The notes beneath the pieces were generated by a model. That model made no database searches and was not told where the DNA came from. It saw nothing but the letters and a program-made list of their open reading frames with translations. The position numbers and the translations under genes were made by a program. Shown here one piece after another: positions 9,351 through 19,313 of a stretch of DNA of 64,000 nt (positions within the stretch are counted from its first letter, which is position 1; each line of letters starts with the position of its first letter). This DNA comes from a virus (lineage: Duplodnaviria; Heunggongvirae; Uroviricota; Caudoviricetes), in IMG/VR virus record IMGVR_UViG_3300044970_001522, positions 22,278 through 86,277 of that record; one strand, 5' to 3'.

Positions 9351-9662
9351 ATGACAAACCTCCCTGAGAACATCACAATTAAAGAGACCTGTATTCTCAA
9401 CAATGAAACCACTTTCTGTGGGAAGTTCAGCGACATTAAGAGAGCCCTTGACAAGCTCGAGAAAGAGGGTTGGGAGGGTATTGAGTATACTTGTTGGTTT
9501 GGGTCTGATGTGTTCGATCTCTATAGGCACCGCCCAGAAACAAACGAAGAGCGGGACAAAAGGCTAAGTGCCATTAGTAAAAAAGCGCAAAAGGAAGCAA
9601 TCGCAAAGGAAGTGCGGCGACAAAGGTATGAAACGCTGCGAAAGGAATTTGAGAATGATTAG
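9351..9662 (+). CDS. hypothetical protein
   Basis: first ATG downstream of the -10 at 9320-9325 (the track ORF begins inside the promoter). Confidence 0.35.
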   Translation: MTNLPENITIKETCILNNETTFCGKFSDIKRALDKLEKEGWEGIEYTCWFGSDVFDLYRHRPETNEERDKRLSAISKKAQKEAIAKEVRRQRYETLRKEFEND

Positions 9663-9963
9663 TCGCCCCGAACCCCTCTAACCCCTACCTAAGTCACTCG
9701 ACTATCTAATCTCGCATGGACCCGAATCGCAACTCACTCGAAACTCTCCTCAAACTGCCAATTCACAGGTTGTTAACCTATTATCGTGCAAATTTTTCTA
9801 GCTTCGCCTACGACGAAGACGAAGAGGGTTCCGCAACTAAGCGGTTTGAGCACCAAAAAGCCGCAATCAAGGAAGAGCTGGCACGTCGAGAGCATGTTTC
9901 TAGGGCTAAGACCCGCAACTGACCTGTTACCCCTAAACTTCACATTCATCCCACTAGTGTAAA

Positions 9964-10197
9964 ATGGCAAGAATCACCGAAGAACAAGGTTTAAGCTTAG
10001 CTCAAGATGTTTGGATTGTTGACTTGCATGAGTCTGAGCGAGAATGGGGAAGCGAGTCCTGGTCCGAATTCTTCACGACTTTTGTGGAGGCCAACGAGCG
10101 GTATACTACAGTGAACGCCGTAAACCCTGCGGATCATGTTCCCGACTACTACATCGTTGCATCGAAGCCTCGCAAGGCCATCCCGCGTCTTACTTGA
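9964..10197 (+). CDS. hypothetical protein
   Basis: gtaaaATGg context. Confidence 0.3.
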   Translation: MARITEEQGLSLAQDVWIVDLHESEREWGSESWSEFFTTFVEANERYTTVNAVNPADHVPDYYIVASKPRKAIPRLT

Positions 10198-10206
10198 CTA
10201 CCTTGA

Positions 10207-10274
10207 GGGGCGGTTAACCCCCTTGCCCTAGGGCGGTTTACACCCTTGTTTCTGCTCTGCAGAAACGGTATAAT
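10207..10274 (+). promoter_or_regulatory. double cassette, TTGTTT-N17-TATAAT
   Basis: GGGGCGGTTAACCCCC then GGGCGGTTTACACCC; spacer TTTCTGCtcTGCAGAAAC. Confidence 0.6.
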
Positions 10275-10301
10275 TGGTTCGTGACCAAAGCACCCCAACC
10301 C

Positions 10302-10898
10302 ATGAAGTCTCCCCCTGAATCAGTTACAGGAAAACTTTTGCTGAAGCCAGGGGACAGTGTGTTTGTTCCTGGAAAAATACTTAAAAATTCACCCGACGGT
10401 CGAACCTGGGGCACTGAAGTTCCTTACCTTCACTTTCGGAAGAGTCCAGTAAAAGACGGTCTCTACGTTGTGTCCGACATCTGGATGCACCCGAAAGCAA
10501 CGGACCCGAACGTTCCATCCTCATACTGCTACACTCTGGTAAGAGTCCGTGAGGATCGTACTTGGACAAAAGGGTGGAGAGTCCTCCAAACCTCCTTCGC
10601 ACCTGAAGACCTGACCTCAACAAAACTCCCGTACAACTGCGTCGACTGGGACAATCTCATTCGAGACGAAATAGTTAAGACCGCTGCGTACACGCCTGGC
10701 GAAAAGTTCGACATGGACGAGTTTAGAAAGGATCTCGGCCAAGTTCTTTACAAGCACAAGGTTACTCTGTCGATCGACGAGAAATTCTCCGATGACTGGG
10801 ACGAGCACGGCACTGGCCACCTTGTTGTACTCGTCAACGGAGAGATAAAAGGAGACCTCGGGACTAACTTCCCTATTCGAAGGTCCGAGCCGAAGTGA
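10302..10898 (+). CDS. hypothetical protein
   Basis: ATG after the -10 at 10269-10274. Confidence 0.35.
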   Translation: MKSPPESVTGKLLLKPGDSVFVPGKILKNSPDGRTWGTEVPYLHFRKSPVKDGLYVVSDIWMHPKATDPNVPSSYCYTLVRVREDRTWTKGWRVLQTSFAPEDLTSTKLPYNCVDWDNLIRDEIVKTAAYTPGEKFDMDEFRKDLGQVLYKHKVTLSIDEKFSDDWDEHGTGHLVVLVNGEIKGDLGTNFPIRRSEPK

Positions 10899-10922
10899 GA
10901 CAATGGGAAACAAAACCGCTAA

Positions 10923-10967
10923 GGGCGGTTTCCCGCCATTGTTTCTGCTCTGCAGAAACGGTATCAT
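10923..10967 (+). promoter_or_regulatory. cassette promoter TTGTTT-N16-TATCAT
   Basis: GGGCGGTTTCCCGCC; same spacer palindrome as 10252. Confidence 0.55.
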
Positions 10968-10973
10968 TGATTC

Positions 10974-11282
10974 ATGGACACACCCCCGGACAAACCAATG
11001 CAAATCTGGCAAACGTATCGCAACTCCGACGAAACCGAGGGCAGGGGGCCAATGGTCCCGGATCTCGCTTTCCTTCACCAGGCTCATGCTGAAAGATACA
11101 TTGATGAGCAACCTGGAGTTATGGGGTTACTGGGCCGGAGAGGAGACTGGGAGATTAAACCGGTTAACGTGATTGACTACGACATCGTTCAGGCGAAAGC
11201 CAGCAAGGAGAAAATTCGCCAGGAAGCCCTTAGGAAGCTCTCAAGAGAAGAGAAAGAAGCCCTTGGCCTGACTGACCCTTGA
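10974..11282 (+). CDS. hypothetical protein
   Basis: ATG after the -10 at 10962-10967. Confidence 0.35.
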   Translation: MDTPPDKPMQIWQTYRNSDETEGRGPMVPDLAFLHQAHAERYIDEQPGVMGLLGRRGDWEIKPVNVIDYDIVQAKASKEKIRQEALRKLSREEKEALGLTDP

Positions 11283-11284
11283 AA

Positions 11285-11327
11285 GGGCGGTTTGCCCCCT
11301 TTTTTCCTTATCGGCTGACCCCATACT
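11285..11327 (+). promoter_or_regulatory. degenerate cassette (GGGCGGTTTGCCCCC ... CATACT)
   Basis: palindrome present, hexamers weak. Confidence 0.3.
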
Positions 11328-11332
11328 AAAAA

Positions 11333-12442
11333 ATGGAACTAAACCTGCGCCACTTTCTAATCGACTGGTTAAACTACCGGGTCGAGACTGCTTTTGAAGC
11401 ACTTGCCGAGCACGACATTCGTGTCGCTCGCGACGAACGTTACCCTGCTCTTTTTAACTTGAAGTATGGCAGTGTAATGGCGGACAAGTCACTACCGATT
11501 GTTCGTGCCTGCCGTGGTGCCGTAGTCGAACTTGTTGACGATGGCACGGGCTCCCCGTACTTTCGGCTGGTTGCGTACGCCTTCGACCGCTTTTTCAACG
11601 TTGGCGAGGGGTATGCCGCTGAGATTGATTGGTCCACTGCCCGTGTAGCTGAGAAGTATGACGGGTCTCTGATCAAGTTGTTCAACTATAAAGGAGAGTG
11701 GTTGGTATCAACATCGGGTTCAGTCGCTGGTTCTTCGGAAGTCGGGACCACGGGTCGCTCCTTCTCCGAGTTGTTTTGGCACGTTTTTAATGAAGTTGAA
11801 TATGACCGGGCTGACCTCGACCCTTATTTTGTCTACGTCTACGAATTGTGCCACAAAGACAACAAAATTGTTGTAGACTACGAGACTCCCCTTTTACCTC
11901 TCTTAACTGTACGTAGCGTAATAGATGACCTGAACGAAAAGGATCTCAAGTACTTTGAGAACCGTTTCAATATCGCTCAGACCTACGACCTGCGCTCACA
12001 TGAAGCTGTAACCCAGTTTGTAAACGACTCTTCTCGTGGTACCGCTGAAGGCGTAATTATTGTCGACGGAAACGGAAACCGCCAGAAAGACAAGTCCAAC
12101 GTCTATTGTCAGTTGCACAGGGTTAAAGGAAACGGCGAACCGGATTTCTCCGAGCTTTTCCTGAACGACGACTTGGAAGAGTTTCTGCTTCACTTTCCCG
12201 AGTATCGTGGGGGTTTTGACGTTCACCTGCGTTCCATCGAAGTGATGGAGAGTGCGGTGAGCGAGAACATGAGGGCTCACAACCATCTTAACCAGAAGGA
12301 TTTCGCTCAAGCCGTACTTGCCGAGTCAAAAGAACTTTCTGGAGCATGCTTTGCGATTCGATCCGGCAAAGTCGGATCCTTTGCAGAGTGGCTCGAAGGT
12401 TTAACCCCAAAAAAGCTCGACGTTTTGCTTGGGATTGCCTGA
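11333..12442 (+). CDS. RNA ligase (Rnl1-like nucleotidyltransferase)
   Basis: motif I AEKYDGSLIKLF (KxDGS adenylyl-lysine motif as in T4 Rnl1 KEDGSL). Confidence 0.55.
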   Translation: MELNLRHFLIDWLNYRVETAFEALAEHDIRVARDERYPALFNLKYGSVMADKSLPIVRACRGAVVELVDDGTGSPYFRLVAYAFDRFFNVGEGYAAEIDWSTARVAEKYDGSLIKLFNYKGEWLVSTSGSVAGSSEVGTTGRSFSELFWHVFNEVEYDRADLDPYFVYVYELCHKDNKIVVDYETPLLPLLTVRSVIDDLNEKDLKYFENRFNIAQTYDLRSHEAVTQFVNDSSRGTAEGVIIVDGNGNRQKDKSNVYCQLHRVKGNGEPDFSELFLNDDLEEFLLHFPEYRGGFDVHLRSIEVMESAVSENMRAHNHLNQKDFAQAVLAESKELSGACFAIRSGKVGSFAEWLEGLTPKKLDVLLGIA

Positions 12443-12480
12443 CTATCCCACTTTTCACCTTGCGCACACATCTGAGACAA

Positions 12481-12717
12481 ATGTACAAAGTCACATTCAC
12501 AAACGCCCACCTTGAAAACCGCACCATCGAGTGCAGATTTTACGACTTGGAATTAAGTAGTATTCCGGCAAAGGGAAGCACGTTGACACTAGAGCAAGTA
12601 ACCTACCGTGTGGGTGACGCCCACTGGTTCATTAGCTATAACGACTCTCCAATGAACAGAGGAAGGAACGCCGACGTTTCCGTACAGATTGAGTTGTTTC
12701 CCGTTCCCTTCAACTAA
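12481..12717 (+). CDS. hypothetical protein
   Basis: caaATG start after the ligase stop. Confidence 0.3.
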   Translation: MYKVTFTNAHLENRTIECRFYDLELSSIPAKGSTLTLEQVTYRVGDAHWFISYNDSPMNRGRNADVSVQIELFPVPFN

Positions 12718-12728
12718 CCTGAGTCAAA

Positions 12729-13205
12729 ATGGCAAAGTCCCATAACTACGTCAATTCTAAAGGAGAGGAAATCGACTTCACTGTACAAGTCGCTACCCGA
12801 CCAAACCTTCGAGACGGCACTATGTTCGTCTACCGTGGAAAGTCCATTCTTGAGCAGATGTTTGACAAGTGCGAAGTTGACCCTTCCATAGAGGAATTTG
12901 ACCTTGAGTACCCTGAGCGATGGGCGAACTTGCTGGAGCTAAGAGCCCTTCCTGACCGTATGCTAGTGTGCTTTCCTAACCTTAAGAAGGTATTCGTTCA
13001 AACCCACTCTGTTTACCTTATTCAGAGCGTGCATAATGGCCACGTTTTTGTCGAACAACTAATAGATGATGACGGTAATAAAATAACTTACTACGATGAG
13101 GGAAACGCCACAGACTTGACAAAGCGATACTGCCCACCTAATCGAGAGTGTAAGGGACTCATGGTTATTTCTCCCGCTTCAGCTCAGTACATTCCAGGGG
13201 GTTGA
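12729..13205 (+). CDS. hypothetical protein
   Basis: gtcaaaATGgca context. Confidence 0.35.
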   Translation: MAKSHNYVNSKGEEIDFTVQVATRPNLRDGTMFVYRGKSILEQMFDKCEVDPSIEEFDLEYPERWANLLELRALPDRMLVCFPNLKKVFVQTHSVYLIQSVHNGHVFVEQLIDDDGNKITYYDEGNATDLTKRYCPPNRECKGLMVISPASAQYIPGG

Positions 13206-13270
13206 GGGGGAAACCGCCCCGGAAAACGGCGGTTTCCACCCTTGTTTTCTTCGGAAAACAACGCTATAGT
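13206..13270 (+). promoter_or_regulatory. double cassette, TTGTTT-N17-TATAGT
   Basis: GGGGGAAACCGCCCC then ACGGCGGTTTCCACCC; spacer TTTTCTTCGGAAAAC. Confidence 0.55.
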
Positions 13271-13316
13271 AGGTTCGTACAGGGACAAACCCTCTCCAAA
13301 CATTTCTCGATCCAAA

Positions 13317-13604
13317 ATGTCAATGCTAACCAGCGTCAAAGGTTACCGGAGTCCCGAAGACCCTGAGCACCAAAAGCACCTTAAAGTTTTGAGGGTCTGT
13401 CGCGAGGTCGGTGTTTCTCTACCAGAACAAACCGCTGAGTACTTTGGGCCATACAAACCAGAGTATATTGATCCTGACTGCACCTTAGAGATTGAAGTAC
13501 CCTTTCGCCAGGTTTATCCAACGGAGGGTGTGCAGGGATACGAGGTCATAGTGAGCGACATTCCAATGGGTGTGCACAAGATTCGATTCGAAAACCGCTA
13601 CTAG
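13317..13604 (+). CDS. hypothetical protein
   Basis: caaaATG after the -10 at 13265-13270. Confidence 0.3.
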   Translation: MSMLTSVKGYRSPEDPEHQKHLKVLRVCREVGVSLPEQTAEYFGPYKPEYIDPDCTLEIEVPFRQVYPTEGVQGYEVIVSDIPMGVHKIRFENRY

Positions 13605-13857
13605 GGTTCCCCTTTACTTGTCCACCCCCAATCCAATGGTCTTTCTGTCCTTTCTAGCCACTTACGCGAGTATTAACGTTGGAGCCTACTCTGCGCTTCT
13701 TGAAAGGAAGTACCTATCCGGCAGTTCAGCTTTGTTAGCCTCGGTGTGGCCGATAACCGCATTGGTCTTCGCTTCACGTCAGTTCTTCTTACTAACTACT
13801 GTCGATTAGTGCAATCCTTTTCCCACGAAGTTGTTGAGAGCATAGATCTTTCGCAGA

Positions 13858-14538
13858 TTGAAGCGATCACCTCCACCTAGCCATCCGAAAGCCCAAAGCG
13901 AGATGAACCCGCAACTTTCCAACAAAGTCAACAGCTTATGGGGTCTTGGCCTCTTTGCGGCTGCAAGAGACTACACGACTACTCTGGAAAGCCGCTGCGA
14001 CAAAAGAGTTGACGATGTCCCGTACTTCCTGTACGGGAGCTGGGCGCTGACGGAGGCGTTCGAGGCTGGCGCTGTTTTTGCTCTTTCACGTGGAAAGCTC
14101 TTGTCCCTAGCTCAGTTGGACCTTTACCTTGGGCTCAAGAACCAATTCGATGAGTTTTCTAGTAGCGACCATGATGATCTAGACTTGTACAACATTAGGG
14201 CAGAGTTAGGGAGACTCGATATGAAAACCGCAACGAAAGAACTTCTAAGAAGTTTAAAGCACCGCTGCGACGACTTCAGGCTTTTTCGATTCCTCCCCTT
14301 GTGGTACGGTTGGGCGTTAATGGATGCGTATAAAGACGGGGCAGTTTGTGCGGTAAGCGAGGGAAAGTTTGCTTCCTGGAATGACTTCCATGAGCAACAC
14401 AATCAGTACACAAGATACTTGCGACTCAGAGAAAAAGTCTCTGGAGAACCCTGTCCTGAAAACACCTTTTTCTACATAAACTCTCTTAAAACGGGAGGGT
14501 TTGAAGCTCGCTCCAAGTGCGAGTGGCCTCTCCTTTAA
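13858..14538 (+). CDS. hypothetical protein with two internal ~100-aa repeats
   Basis: RCDKRVDDVPYFLYGSWALTEAFEAGAVFALSRGK versus RCDDFRLFRFLPLWYGWALMDAYKDGAVCAVSEGK. Confidence 0.35.
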   Translation: MKRSPPPSHPKAQSEMNPQLSNKVNSLWGLGLFAAARDYTTTLESRCDKRVDDVPYFLYGSWALTEAFEAGAVFALSRGKLLSLAQLDLYLGLKNQFDEFSSSDHDDLDLYNIRAELGRLDMKTATKELLRSLKHRCDDFRLFRFLPLWYGWALMDAYKDGAVCAVSEGKFASWNDFHEQHNQYTRYLRLREKVSGEPCPENTFFYINSLKTGGFEARSKCEWPLL

Positions 14539-14557
14539 TAACCAACTCCCAAGAAAA

Positions 14558-14911
14558 GTGTCAAAAATCAAAGTTGTAAACAAGTACCACTTGGGGCGAG
14601 AGACGAAGCCCCCCGAGGGTGTTGTACGCCGAGCAATTCACCGTGGAACTGCCCTTGGTAATCCGCTGCCGATGAAGGACTCTAGCCAGGTCGAGAGAGA
14701 CCGCGTCTGCGATGGTTACGAAGAGTGGTTGCCTCCAAGGCTACTTCAGAAAGGTGCCGAACTTGCGCAGTTTCAAGAGTTGCTCGCGATTGTTCAAGAT
14801 CCGAGCGTGAAGTCCCTGGAGCTAATTTGCTTTTGTGCGCCAAAGCGTTGTCACGGAGACACTGTGAAGAGACTACTTGAGCTTTCCTCTGCCCCCTCTG
14901 CATGGTCCTGA
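14558..14911 (+). CDS. DUF4326-like protein (GNP...CxCxPxxCHGD motif)
   Basis: HRGTALGNPLPM and ELICFCAPKRCHGDTV match the DUF4326 signature; a GTG start is assumed just after the upstream stop, so the start is uncertain. Confidence 0.4.
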   Translation: MSKIKVVNKYHLGRETKPPEGVVRRAIHRGTALGNPLPMKDSSQVERDRVCDGYEEWLPPRLLQKGAELAQFQELLAIVQDPSVKSLELICFCAPKRCHGDTVKRLLELSSAPSAWS

Positions 14912-14920
14912 GGACCCATA

Positions 14921-14964
14921 GGGCGGTTTCCCCCCTTGCCTCCGTGGATCAAACGAGCTAAACT
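14921..14964 (+). promoter_or_regulatory. cassette promoter TTGCCT-N17-TAAACT, leaderless ATG at +7
   Basis: GGGCGGTTTCCCCCC. Confidence 0.5.
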
Positions 14965-14970
14965 TACCTC

Positions 14971-15318
14971 ATGAATAAGAAAGTTAAAAAGCGACTCCAA
15001 TCGCGCGTCCAACGTGAAGTTTTCGACTTCTCGCACCCTCTGGACCTGGGCAAAGTGGTACGCAAAATTAAGAAGAATAGGAGAGCCATTCAGGCGCTCC
15101 GGGCTTTTCACTTTGCTTACGACCCAGACAGAAGGAGCGGCGAGGAAACCTATGGCTACACGAGTCTAGAAAGCATCGAGTCAAGCCTTGAGTATATTTG
15201 TGATCGCTGGGGCTGCGCCTTTCGCTTAACTTGGCTCCTCGGAGTCCCGAACGCGGTAGCCAACCTAAAGAGTCCCCCAAGTTATCCAAATGACGCTTGC
15301 TCCAACAAAAGTTCTTGA
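14971..15318 (+). CDS. hypothetical protein (predicted leaderless)
   Basis: ATG 7 nt after the -10 at 14959-14964. Confidence 0.35.
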   Translation: MNKKVKKRLQSRVQREVFDFSHPLDLGKVVRKIKKNRRAIQALRAFHFAYDPDRRSGEETYGYTSLESIESSLEYICDRWGCAFRLTWLLGVPNAVANLKSPPSYPNDACSNKSS

Positions 15319-15638
15319 GAAAGAAGTCGAATCCCTATTGAAATCTCTGAAAAAAGACATTCAAAACGACTATCGTGCTTACGAAGAAGACAGCATTCCA
15401 GGGATTTTGGTAACGGTTGGCGCCGATTTGAACGATGACGGTTCCTTCTCTTGGGGTTTCCAAACCGGAGACAACAGCTATACTGGAGGAGCTTACGGCT
15501 TCCCCCACTGGGCAGTAGTCGGTCTCTATCGCCGAAGCAACTGCCGTGCTCTTGCGCAAGACGTCGTAGAGCAGATAACTGCGGAGTCAAACTTCAAGTA
15601 GCCCAACCTCTTACAACCCTAACCACACCCCGAGTAAA

Positions 15639-16037
15639 ATGCCCTGCCGTGACCCTTTTTATGATGTGCCTCACCACGACTTCCGCTCTCCTAAGAGCGA
15701 GAGTGCCGGGAATCCTGTGCTAGCTCCAGTTCGTTATCTTCTTCCGACCGAGCAAGCAAAGGACAACTTGCGCCTGTACGGTGTGTCCGTAAGCGACGCG
15801 GAACTTCCTGGAGCGCTCATGGAAATTGCGTGCTACGCCTTTACTGAGCTTGAAAAAACAAGGGATGTTTTTGATGTGCACGTCCTAGATTTGGAGCTAG
15901 ACCCGGTTCCCCCTGTTTATCGGGAATGGTGGGCCAACCACAAGTTACGCGATGCCGAACGAATGAAGGTAGTTAAGGAAAATGCCTTGGCCAAGTTGAC
16001 TGAGGAGGAGAAAAGAGCCTTGGGATTTGCCCGTTAA
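15639..16037 (+). CDS. hypothetical protein
   Basis: gtaaaATG context. Confidence 0.35.
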   Translation: MPCRDPFYDVPHHDFRSPKSESAGNPVLAPVRYLLPTEQAKDNLRLYGVSVSDAELPGALMEIACYAFTELEKTRDVFDVHVLDLELDPVPPVYREWWANHKLRDAERMKVVKENALAKLTEEEKRALGFAR

Positions 16038-16079
16038 GTAGTTACTTGATTGTTAACTGGCCCCGCACCCCTACACCCA

Positions 16080-16418
16080 ATGAACTCCGAAGAAACCTTA
16101 AATAAAATTGCAAGAGAGCAGCACATGCTTCTTCAAAAGTATGCGGGAGCTTACAAGGGCTCACCGTACCTAGGTGAAGCTGAGGCTATCTCTCAAAGGT
16201 ATGCAACAGAGGTAACGAAGCAAGATGAGCTTAATTCCCGAAAAGTGTCCAGCTGGGACGAACTCGAATCAGCCATCAAAGTGATTCTTTTCGATGACCG
16301 GTTTAGTTTATCTGAAGTTAACGACAAGGCTAGCGAGATTATTCAATTGGTACAACGATGTGGTATCAGCGCATTTGACAAACTAGATCGCATCAGAGCC
16401 CTCATTCCGCCTCCATAA
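16080..16418 (+). CDS. hypothetical protein
   Basis: ORF. Confidence 0.3.
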   Translation: MNSEETLNKIAREQHMLLQKYAGAYKGSPYLGEAEAISQRYATEVTKQDELNSRKVSSWDELESAIKVILFDDRFSLSEVNDKASEIIQLVQRCGISAFDKLDRIRALIPPP

Positions 16419-16424
16419 GACCAA

Positions 16425-16835
16425 ATGCAAACCGAAACCCAATTCCGTGAAAATATAGGTAAGCTTAGAGTGCTAGAAGACGGCTGGCTTGACGGCGAGT
16501 GCAAAGCCCCTTCGAAAGAGCTTTTGGATTGGTTCGAAAGCTGGGTGTTTGATTTTTTCGACAAGAACTTTCCTCCCGATTCGTACCCGAGTGCCTTCTC
16601 AAGCTTCGATGGCGGACTTGAACTTGAGTGGTTAACCTCTGGTCTGTGCCCGTCTCTCGATATCGAGCCTGACTTTGTAACTAAAAAACAGCAGGCATGG
16701 TTTCACATGATTGACCCGTCTTCTCCCGGAGGTTACTTTGAGCTTTACGTTGATTTGGATGACCCTGCGGACCGGGAATGGGTCGAGAAGCTACGAGAAG
16801 TTCTAGCACAACCTACTCAAAAAACAAGCAAATGA
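16425..16835 (+). CDS. hypothetical protein
   Basis: ORF. Confidence 0.3.
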   Translation: MQTETQFRENIGKLRVLEDGWLDGECKAPSKELLDWFESWVFDFFDKNFPPDSYPSAFSSFDGGLELEWLTSGLCPSLDIEPDFVTKKQQAWFHMIDPSSPGGYFELYVDLDDPADREWVEKLREVLAQPTQKTSK

Positions 16836-17212
16836 CAATCATTTACGCTGTTATAGACTTCTACGGGACAGAAGAAGCCGAAGTATTGGGCTTATTCTCG
16901 ACCATGAAACTCGCTGAGGACCTAAAAAAGAGTCGTCCATACTCGGAAATCAAAGAGTACTTCTTGGACCCTCTTACGGAAAATCCCCCTGGGCAAGAGT
17001 TCTGGTTCGTGGAAGTAGTGAATGGTGAGGTTAAAAAGTGTTACGTTGTGGGTGCTTGTCGCGCTATTCCACCCAGCCCCCAACTCCGTTTTAATCACCG
17101 GTCTAAAGGGGACATCGTAAGCACGACGCACTGTTGGGCGAACGACGAAGAACAAGCCAGGTCAATTGCTCTAATTGACTATTATGCACAGACTTGCACA
17201 ATAACGGACTAG
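16832..17212 (+). CDS. hypothetical protein
   Basis: caaATGA overlap with upstream stop. Confidence 0.3.
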   Translation: MTIIYAVIDFYGTEEAEVLGLFSTMKLAEDLKKSRPYSEIKEYFLDPLTENPPGQEFWFVEVVNGEVKKCYVVGACRAIPPSPQLRFNHRSKGDIVSTTHCWANDEEQARSIALIDYYAQTCTITD

Positions 17213-17234
17213 GCAATTACTTTGTTGAAAACAA

Positions 17235-17801
17235 ATGAACAAACTAAGATCAATTACTGACAAGGTCTTAAGAGTTGGCTGGGAGGACGAGGCCCGTGAA
17301 GGAAGGCGACCCTTTCGCTTATCCGTGTGGATTGAAGACACACTACATTGGTGGAAAACAGGAGAGTCAACGATTCACTGTGTGAATGGGCTTAAGCATC
17401 ACAGGGTTTATCTTAGTGCCACGGGGGCTCCGCACACGGCACCGCTTGATGCACCTTTCACTAGACGGGGAGAGGAAAGGCTACCCCTTAATACAAGTCT
17501 GAGCAGGGTGATGGAAGACAACATTTCGAGACTACAGCAAATGACGAGAGATACGAGAGAGAAAACGGCTCGAATTCGTGAGGAAACAGCAATAATTGAA
17601 AAGGAGACTGCCCAGTTTCGGGAGCAAACAGAACGGCTTAAGGAAGAAAATTCAAGACTGCGGGAGGAGATTCACCTTAAGCATGCTCAACGCCGTGAGC
17701 ACAGGATAAAAATGGAAAGGGAAGCGGAGGACAGGTTGCAAAGCATTGAGCTAAGACTGCAAAAATTGGAGGATGCCCTCGAAAAGCCATTCGCAGGGTA
17801 A
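17235..17801 (+). CDS. coiled-coil protein
   Basis: REKTARIREETAIIEKETAQFREQTERLKEENSRLREE heptad-like repeats. Confidence 0.35.
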   Translation: MNKLRSITDKVLRVGWEDEAREGRRPFRLSVWIEDTLHWWKTGESTIHCVNGLKHHRVYLSATGAPHTAPLDAPFTRRGEERLPLNTSLSRVMEDNISRLQQMTRDTREKTARIREETAIIEKETAQFREQTERLKEENSRLREEIHLKHAQRREHRIKMEREAEDRLQSIELRLQKLEDALEKPFAG

Positions 17802-17837
17802 GCGACCTTTCGAGTTGTTAGGGTCGTGCAAAGTTTT

Positions 17838-17902
17838 AGGGGGCAAACCGCCCTAAACGTTCTGTTTTCCGTCTTGTTTCTGCGGGGCAGAAACGGTATA
17901 CT
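17838..17902 (+). promoter_or_regulatory. cassette promoter TTGTTT-N17-TATACT
   Basis: GGGGGCAAACCGCCC upstream; spacer TTTCTGCggggCAGAAAC. Confidence 0.55.
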
Positions 17903-17928
17903 AAATGAGTTGAGTTCCCCCAAAAACA

Positions 17929-18168
17929 ATGGATTCCACTAACGCATCCGATTTGCTTACAACGCTTGAAAACCGTGTCTTGCACGAGAACGAGAAGCGA
18001 GGGGAAGCAGAGGCGAAAGCCGAACGTTTCGCTCACGCACTCGTAACCGTTTTGGATGGAGTGCAAGACCACGAACTGCAGATCATGACGGGTCTGTGTG
18101 AAGCCGACTGCAACGAGATAGCTCGCACTCGCTCTGAGGCTGCCACTCTTGTTCGTGTGCGTCTCTGA
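17929..18168 (+). CDS. hypothetical protein
   Basis: aacaATGg after promoter 17838-17902. Confidence 0.3.
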   Translation: MDSTNASDLLTTLENRVLHENEKRGEAEAKAERFAHALVTVLDGVQDHELQIMTGLCEADCNEIARTRSEAATLVRVRL

Positions 18169-18232
18169 GGGGGTAACCGGTTGCCCTGGGGCGGTTTACC
18201 CCCTTGCCCTTCCGAAGGGAAAACGGTATAGT
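18169..18232 (+). promoter_or_regulatory. double cassette TTGCCC-N17-TATAGT; conserved +1 region TTACTTCAGTCCA
   Basis: GGTAACCGGTTGCC then GGGGCGGTTTACCCCC; spacer CTTCCgaagGGAAA. Confidence 0.6.
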
Positions 18233-18398
18233 TACTTCAGTCCACTTGAGCAACCATGTTTCCCCTGAACGACCTTTCCGCACTTCACAGCATCTTCTTC
18301 ACGTTGCTTGGTCTGGTTTCATTGATTCTTGTCCTCAATCGGCCCCAAACCCGAGCTTGACTCCCTCCACAAATTCCCCCGTCTCATTACCAAACAAA

Positions 18399-18860
18399 AT
18401 GACTCTTACGGCACAAGCGGTCCGGCATGCCCAGGCAATCGCGTTAGACACCAACCCTGGCCTTCCCGCCTTACCTTTCATTCCTGCTACTTGGCTCCCG
18501 TCCGACGGCCTTTCTCCTGATCAGCAGGAGGCTAACCTGCTACATGTGGCCTTGTGGGTGGTCGAACGCGATTTGCACAACTTTGATATGGATCAGTGGC
18601 ACGCCGCCTGGGTTCACTTGTTTGGTGTAGCTCGCAGGGGCTCCCTGCACATGCTCAACGCATGTGGAACTATCCACTGCATCGCCGGTTTCAGCCAGTT
18701 GATGGCGGGTCAGATGGGGTTTGAGCTCACCCCCTGTCTCGCTGGGACTCGATTGCTTGGTGCAGAAGCCGCATGCCACTTTCGGGACAGCAACGAAGAT
18801 GGCCTTGCATTCCTTAAAGAGGTGATTGCTCGTAACTCCGCCACGTCATTTTCACTATGA
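18399..18860 (+). CDS. paralog family A member 1 (CGTxHC-motif protein)
   Basis: conserved LPxLPHIP...QQEANLLHVALWVVERD...CGTIHCIAGFSQLM...FLKEVIARN shared with 18857, 19664 and 40116. Confidence 0.5.
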   Translation: MTLTAQAVRHAQAIALDTNPGLPALPFIPATWLPSDGLSPDQQEANLLHVALWVVERDLHNFDMDQWHAAWVHLFGVARRGSLHMLNACGTIHCIAGFSQLMAGQMGFELTPCLAGTRLLGAEAACHFRDSNEDGLAFLKEVIARNSATSFSL

Positions 18861-19306
18861 ACACGATTCTCACCAGGCTTGCCGTTGATTCTATTCGTCA
18901 CGCCCTGGCCTTGAACACCGGCCCCGGCATTCCACGGCTACCACACATTCCAAACAACCTGCTGACGGACATTCTGTTCCCGAAACAGCGGGAGGAAAAT
19001 CTTTTATTCCTTTCCCTGTGGGTGATTGAGAGAGACTCACATAATCTTGAAATGAGTACTTGGCATGCGGATGCCAAGACAGGCTACACAGGAGTCGTAA
19101 CCCTTCAAAACTGTGGCGAGGTCCATTGCATTTCGGGATTCGCACAAGTTATGTGTGGTGAAAAGGGCTTCTTCATGTACCCTGGATTTGTTGGTCGCTT
19201 GCTACTTGGGGACGAAGCAGGCACGCACTTCACTGACAGCAACGCCGACGCACTTTGCTTCCTTCGCCGAGTTATTTCACGTAATTCCCCTGGTGCTAGT
19301 GCTTGA
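18857..19306 (+). CDS. paralog family A member 2
   Basis: ATGA-coupled; CGEVHCISGFAQVMCG...FLRRVISRN. Confidence 0.5.
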   Translation: MNTILTRLAVDSIRHALALNTGPGIPRLPHIPNNLLTDILFPKQREENLLFLSLWVIERDSHNLEMSTWHADAKTGYTGVVTLQNCGEVHCISGFAQVMCGEKGFFMYPGFVGRLLLGDEAGTHFTDSNADALCFLRRVISRNSPGASA

Positions 19307-19313
19307 AACAAGA